Assembly: GCA_002269645.1 (NCBI GenBank)
Contig: NIVC01000217.1
Span: 434,001 to 498,000 of the forward strand
Length of the DNA: 64,000 bases
From: Macrostomum lignano
Taxonomy: Eukaryota
Direction: 5' to 3'
Shown: piece after piece, positions 62,026 through 64,000 of the stretch
Layout of the letters: every line of letters starts with the position of its first letter
Numbering within the stretch: the first letter of the stretch is position 1
Notes under the pieces: model-generated
The model's input: only the letters and a program-made list of their open reading frames with translations
The model's database searches: none
What the model was told of the DNA's origin: nothing
Translations under genes and position numbers: made by a program

Positions 62026-64000
62026 CATAATTTTTTCTGCTTATTAATTTTCTATCAGAGACCCAAAAGCAATAAAAATTACGTTTAAAGTTCAGATGTT
62101 CAAAAATCTGAAATCAGCGTTGGATCGAAATAAATGTTTTCGATTTCAACCTACTAAAGAAGTTTTCTATAATGAAACCTTATACATTGTTATTCAGAAG
62201 AGAAAATATTTATCGAAATCCGTATATGAAGCTGTGCAGTATTCTTAGTGTTTTCCCCTTGAATAGTGTTTTTCCGAACTAATCTTATAGCTCAGGCTAT
62301 TCTTACTTATATTGATTATTCTACTCATCTAGCCACAGAAGACGATAGGAAGTGGCTTTCCGTTTTTCTTCACTGCCTTACAAAGAGTTGGACACCGGAA
62401 TCCAGCTTCCTCCCCAACTCGTTTTTGCATTCAACTACAATTCTCTGCCTGAGATTCCTCCACATTTTCCCTCACTAAATCTTTCCTATTGTCTCTCACT
62501 CTCTCTAGAAATGCATTGCATTTTCCACCTGTAGAAACGGAACGCTTTGGGACGCTTTGCAAGAAAAACATTATTTGAGCAAGACAAAGTTTTAGACATC
62601 CAGACAGAGACCAGGTTTGACTCTTGCGTCAGATTGCTTTGTTTAAAATTTGCTCCAGGCCTTTACAATGATCGACCATGGTATCCAAGCCCCAAGACAC
62701 AGATAGTGTTACATATACGTGTTGTAACCCGGGTCGGTTTGGGTTCCCAGTCCCGAGTACAATATATATTAAACGTAATATACAGGCGTAGTGACGCTCT
62801 GTCTGTACTTTTATGGATACGAGCAGGCGTGACGACGCTCTGTGATAATAATTCGATCCCGCTGGTGTTGTGACACTCAGAGTTCACGCTGCGGCTCGAG
62901 GTGTGGTGGCACTCTCGAGTGCTTCTAGTCTCGATACTGTAGGTTGTACACACTATATAGAGTAGCCGGTACAGTACTACATACGCTATATGCTCTCCCG
63001 GCATTATGACGCTCTGGCTAGAACTCCCTGCAGCCTAACAAGCTCCCCAGAAAAGAATGAACTCAAGCAGCAGGCGGCTTACCAGTGGCCAAATTGCCGT
63101 TCGTACGTTTATTGCTCGTAGGTCTCAAGCCCAGGTTCGCACGTTTGTTGATTGGCTCGTAGGTCTCAAGCGCGGCTTCTAACTTCTTGTCAATTCTCAA
63201 AGACTCTTTTCAAAGACTGACTTCTCAATTGGGCTCTCGGGTTTCTGTTATCGTAGGTAGCTAATGTCGCTGTTTCTTACTCAAGTCAAGTCTCGCGCTT
63301 GCTATCTCGGAGCACACCAAAACACAAACAGCACGCAGGGCGTGGGCAAACCTGGAGTCGCACCATAAATAGCACCCAAACCCTGGGGCAGACGGCCCTA
63401 CCGGCTAAGCCCAACAAAACAACCAACCTACCCAAAGAAAATAGACTGGCCGCGCCGGCCGGCCAATCAAAACCCCGCCTAGGGGGGGGGGGCGCACCCG
63501 TGCCAAAGCTGGCCCGGCCGCAGCCAACCAGCCCTGAGCACGGGGCAGGGACACGGCTGGGGAGGGGCACGCGCAAAGCCCGGCCGCCAGCCAGACCCTG
63601 CCACGCCTGCCAACCCCCCCCCCCCCCTAGCCAGCCCCAAAGTGCAACGCGCCCTGCCAACCGACAAGGGCGCATGCACTACACACGCTTGGCACTGAGA
63701 AGTCCGCACCGCTGTACACTCTGCATGTGTGAGCGTTTTATGAGCATATCGGGAAAATGGCGTAACTTTTACGGGTCAGCTGTTGAATTGACTCGCAGCA
63801 GTGCCCCTTCCTACCTTCCTACAAAACAGGCAATCGAAAAATTTTAGACATTGCCTATTAGACGGAGGCCAAATGAGAACAACCCCAATGGCTGTCAGTG
63901 TATTGTTTCGCTTTACCTACCATGGGCAGAGACTTACTTTGTAAAGATTTGCTACTGGTAAACAGAATTGGCCTGTGGCAAACAGCAAACTCCCAGTGTA

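Noticed and set aside
62723-62875. Solo LTR (TGT...ACA)
   Set aside because: No TSD, PBS, PPT or second copy in the window.

Overview
This is eukaryotic, intron-rich animal DNA with GC-rich exons and introns largely filled with micro- and minisatellites. The style resembles a free-living flatworm such as Macrostomum, but that is inference and was not verified. Most ORF-track entries are artefacts of translating tandem repeats. Supported genes: (1) the 3' part of a VPS13A/C-type lipid-transfer gene (+, 18 exons traced, 3226-29872, about 1450 aa in the window); (2) an intronless HPS4-like longin gene nested on the same strand in a VPS13 intron (25817-27619); (3) a small ankyrin-repeat protein with a Lys-rich tail; (4) imidazolonepropionase (AMDHD1/HutI); (5) a six-exon GATA4/5/6-type factor with a distorted N-terminal finger; (6) four tandem two-exon genes (-) for small secreted WSC + PAN/Apple proteins. 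Mobile DNA: a full-length Ty3/Gypsy element with identical 188-bp LTRs and a 5-bp TSD inside a VPS13 intron, Loa/I-like LINE 3' fragments, tRNA-derived SINEs and several foldback/MITE-like elements. The best leads are the WSC-PAN cluster (diverse WSC, locally homogenised PAN), the HPS4-in-VPS13 nesting, inverted minisatellite arms enclosing one VPS13 exon, a dispersed CCGATATGTATCG motif and hairpin, and the altered GATA N-finger. No CRISPR array, rRNA or intact tRNA gene was found.
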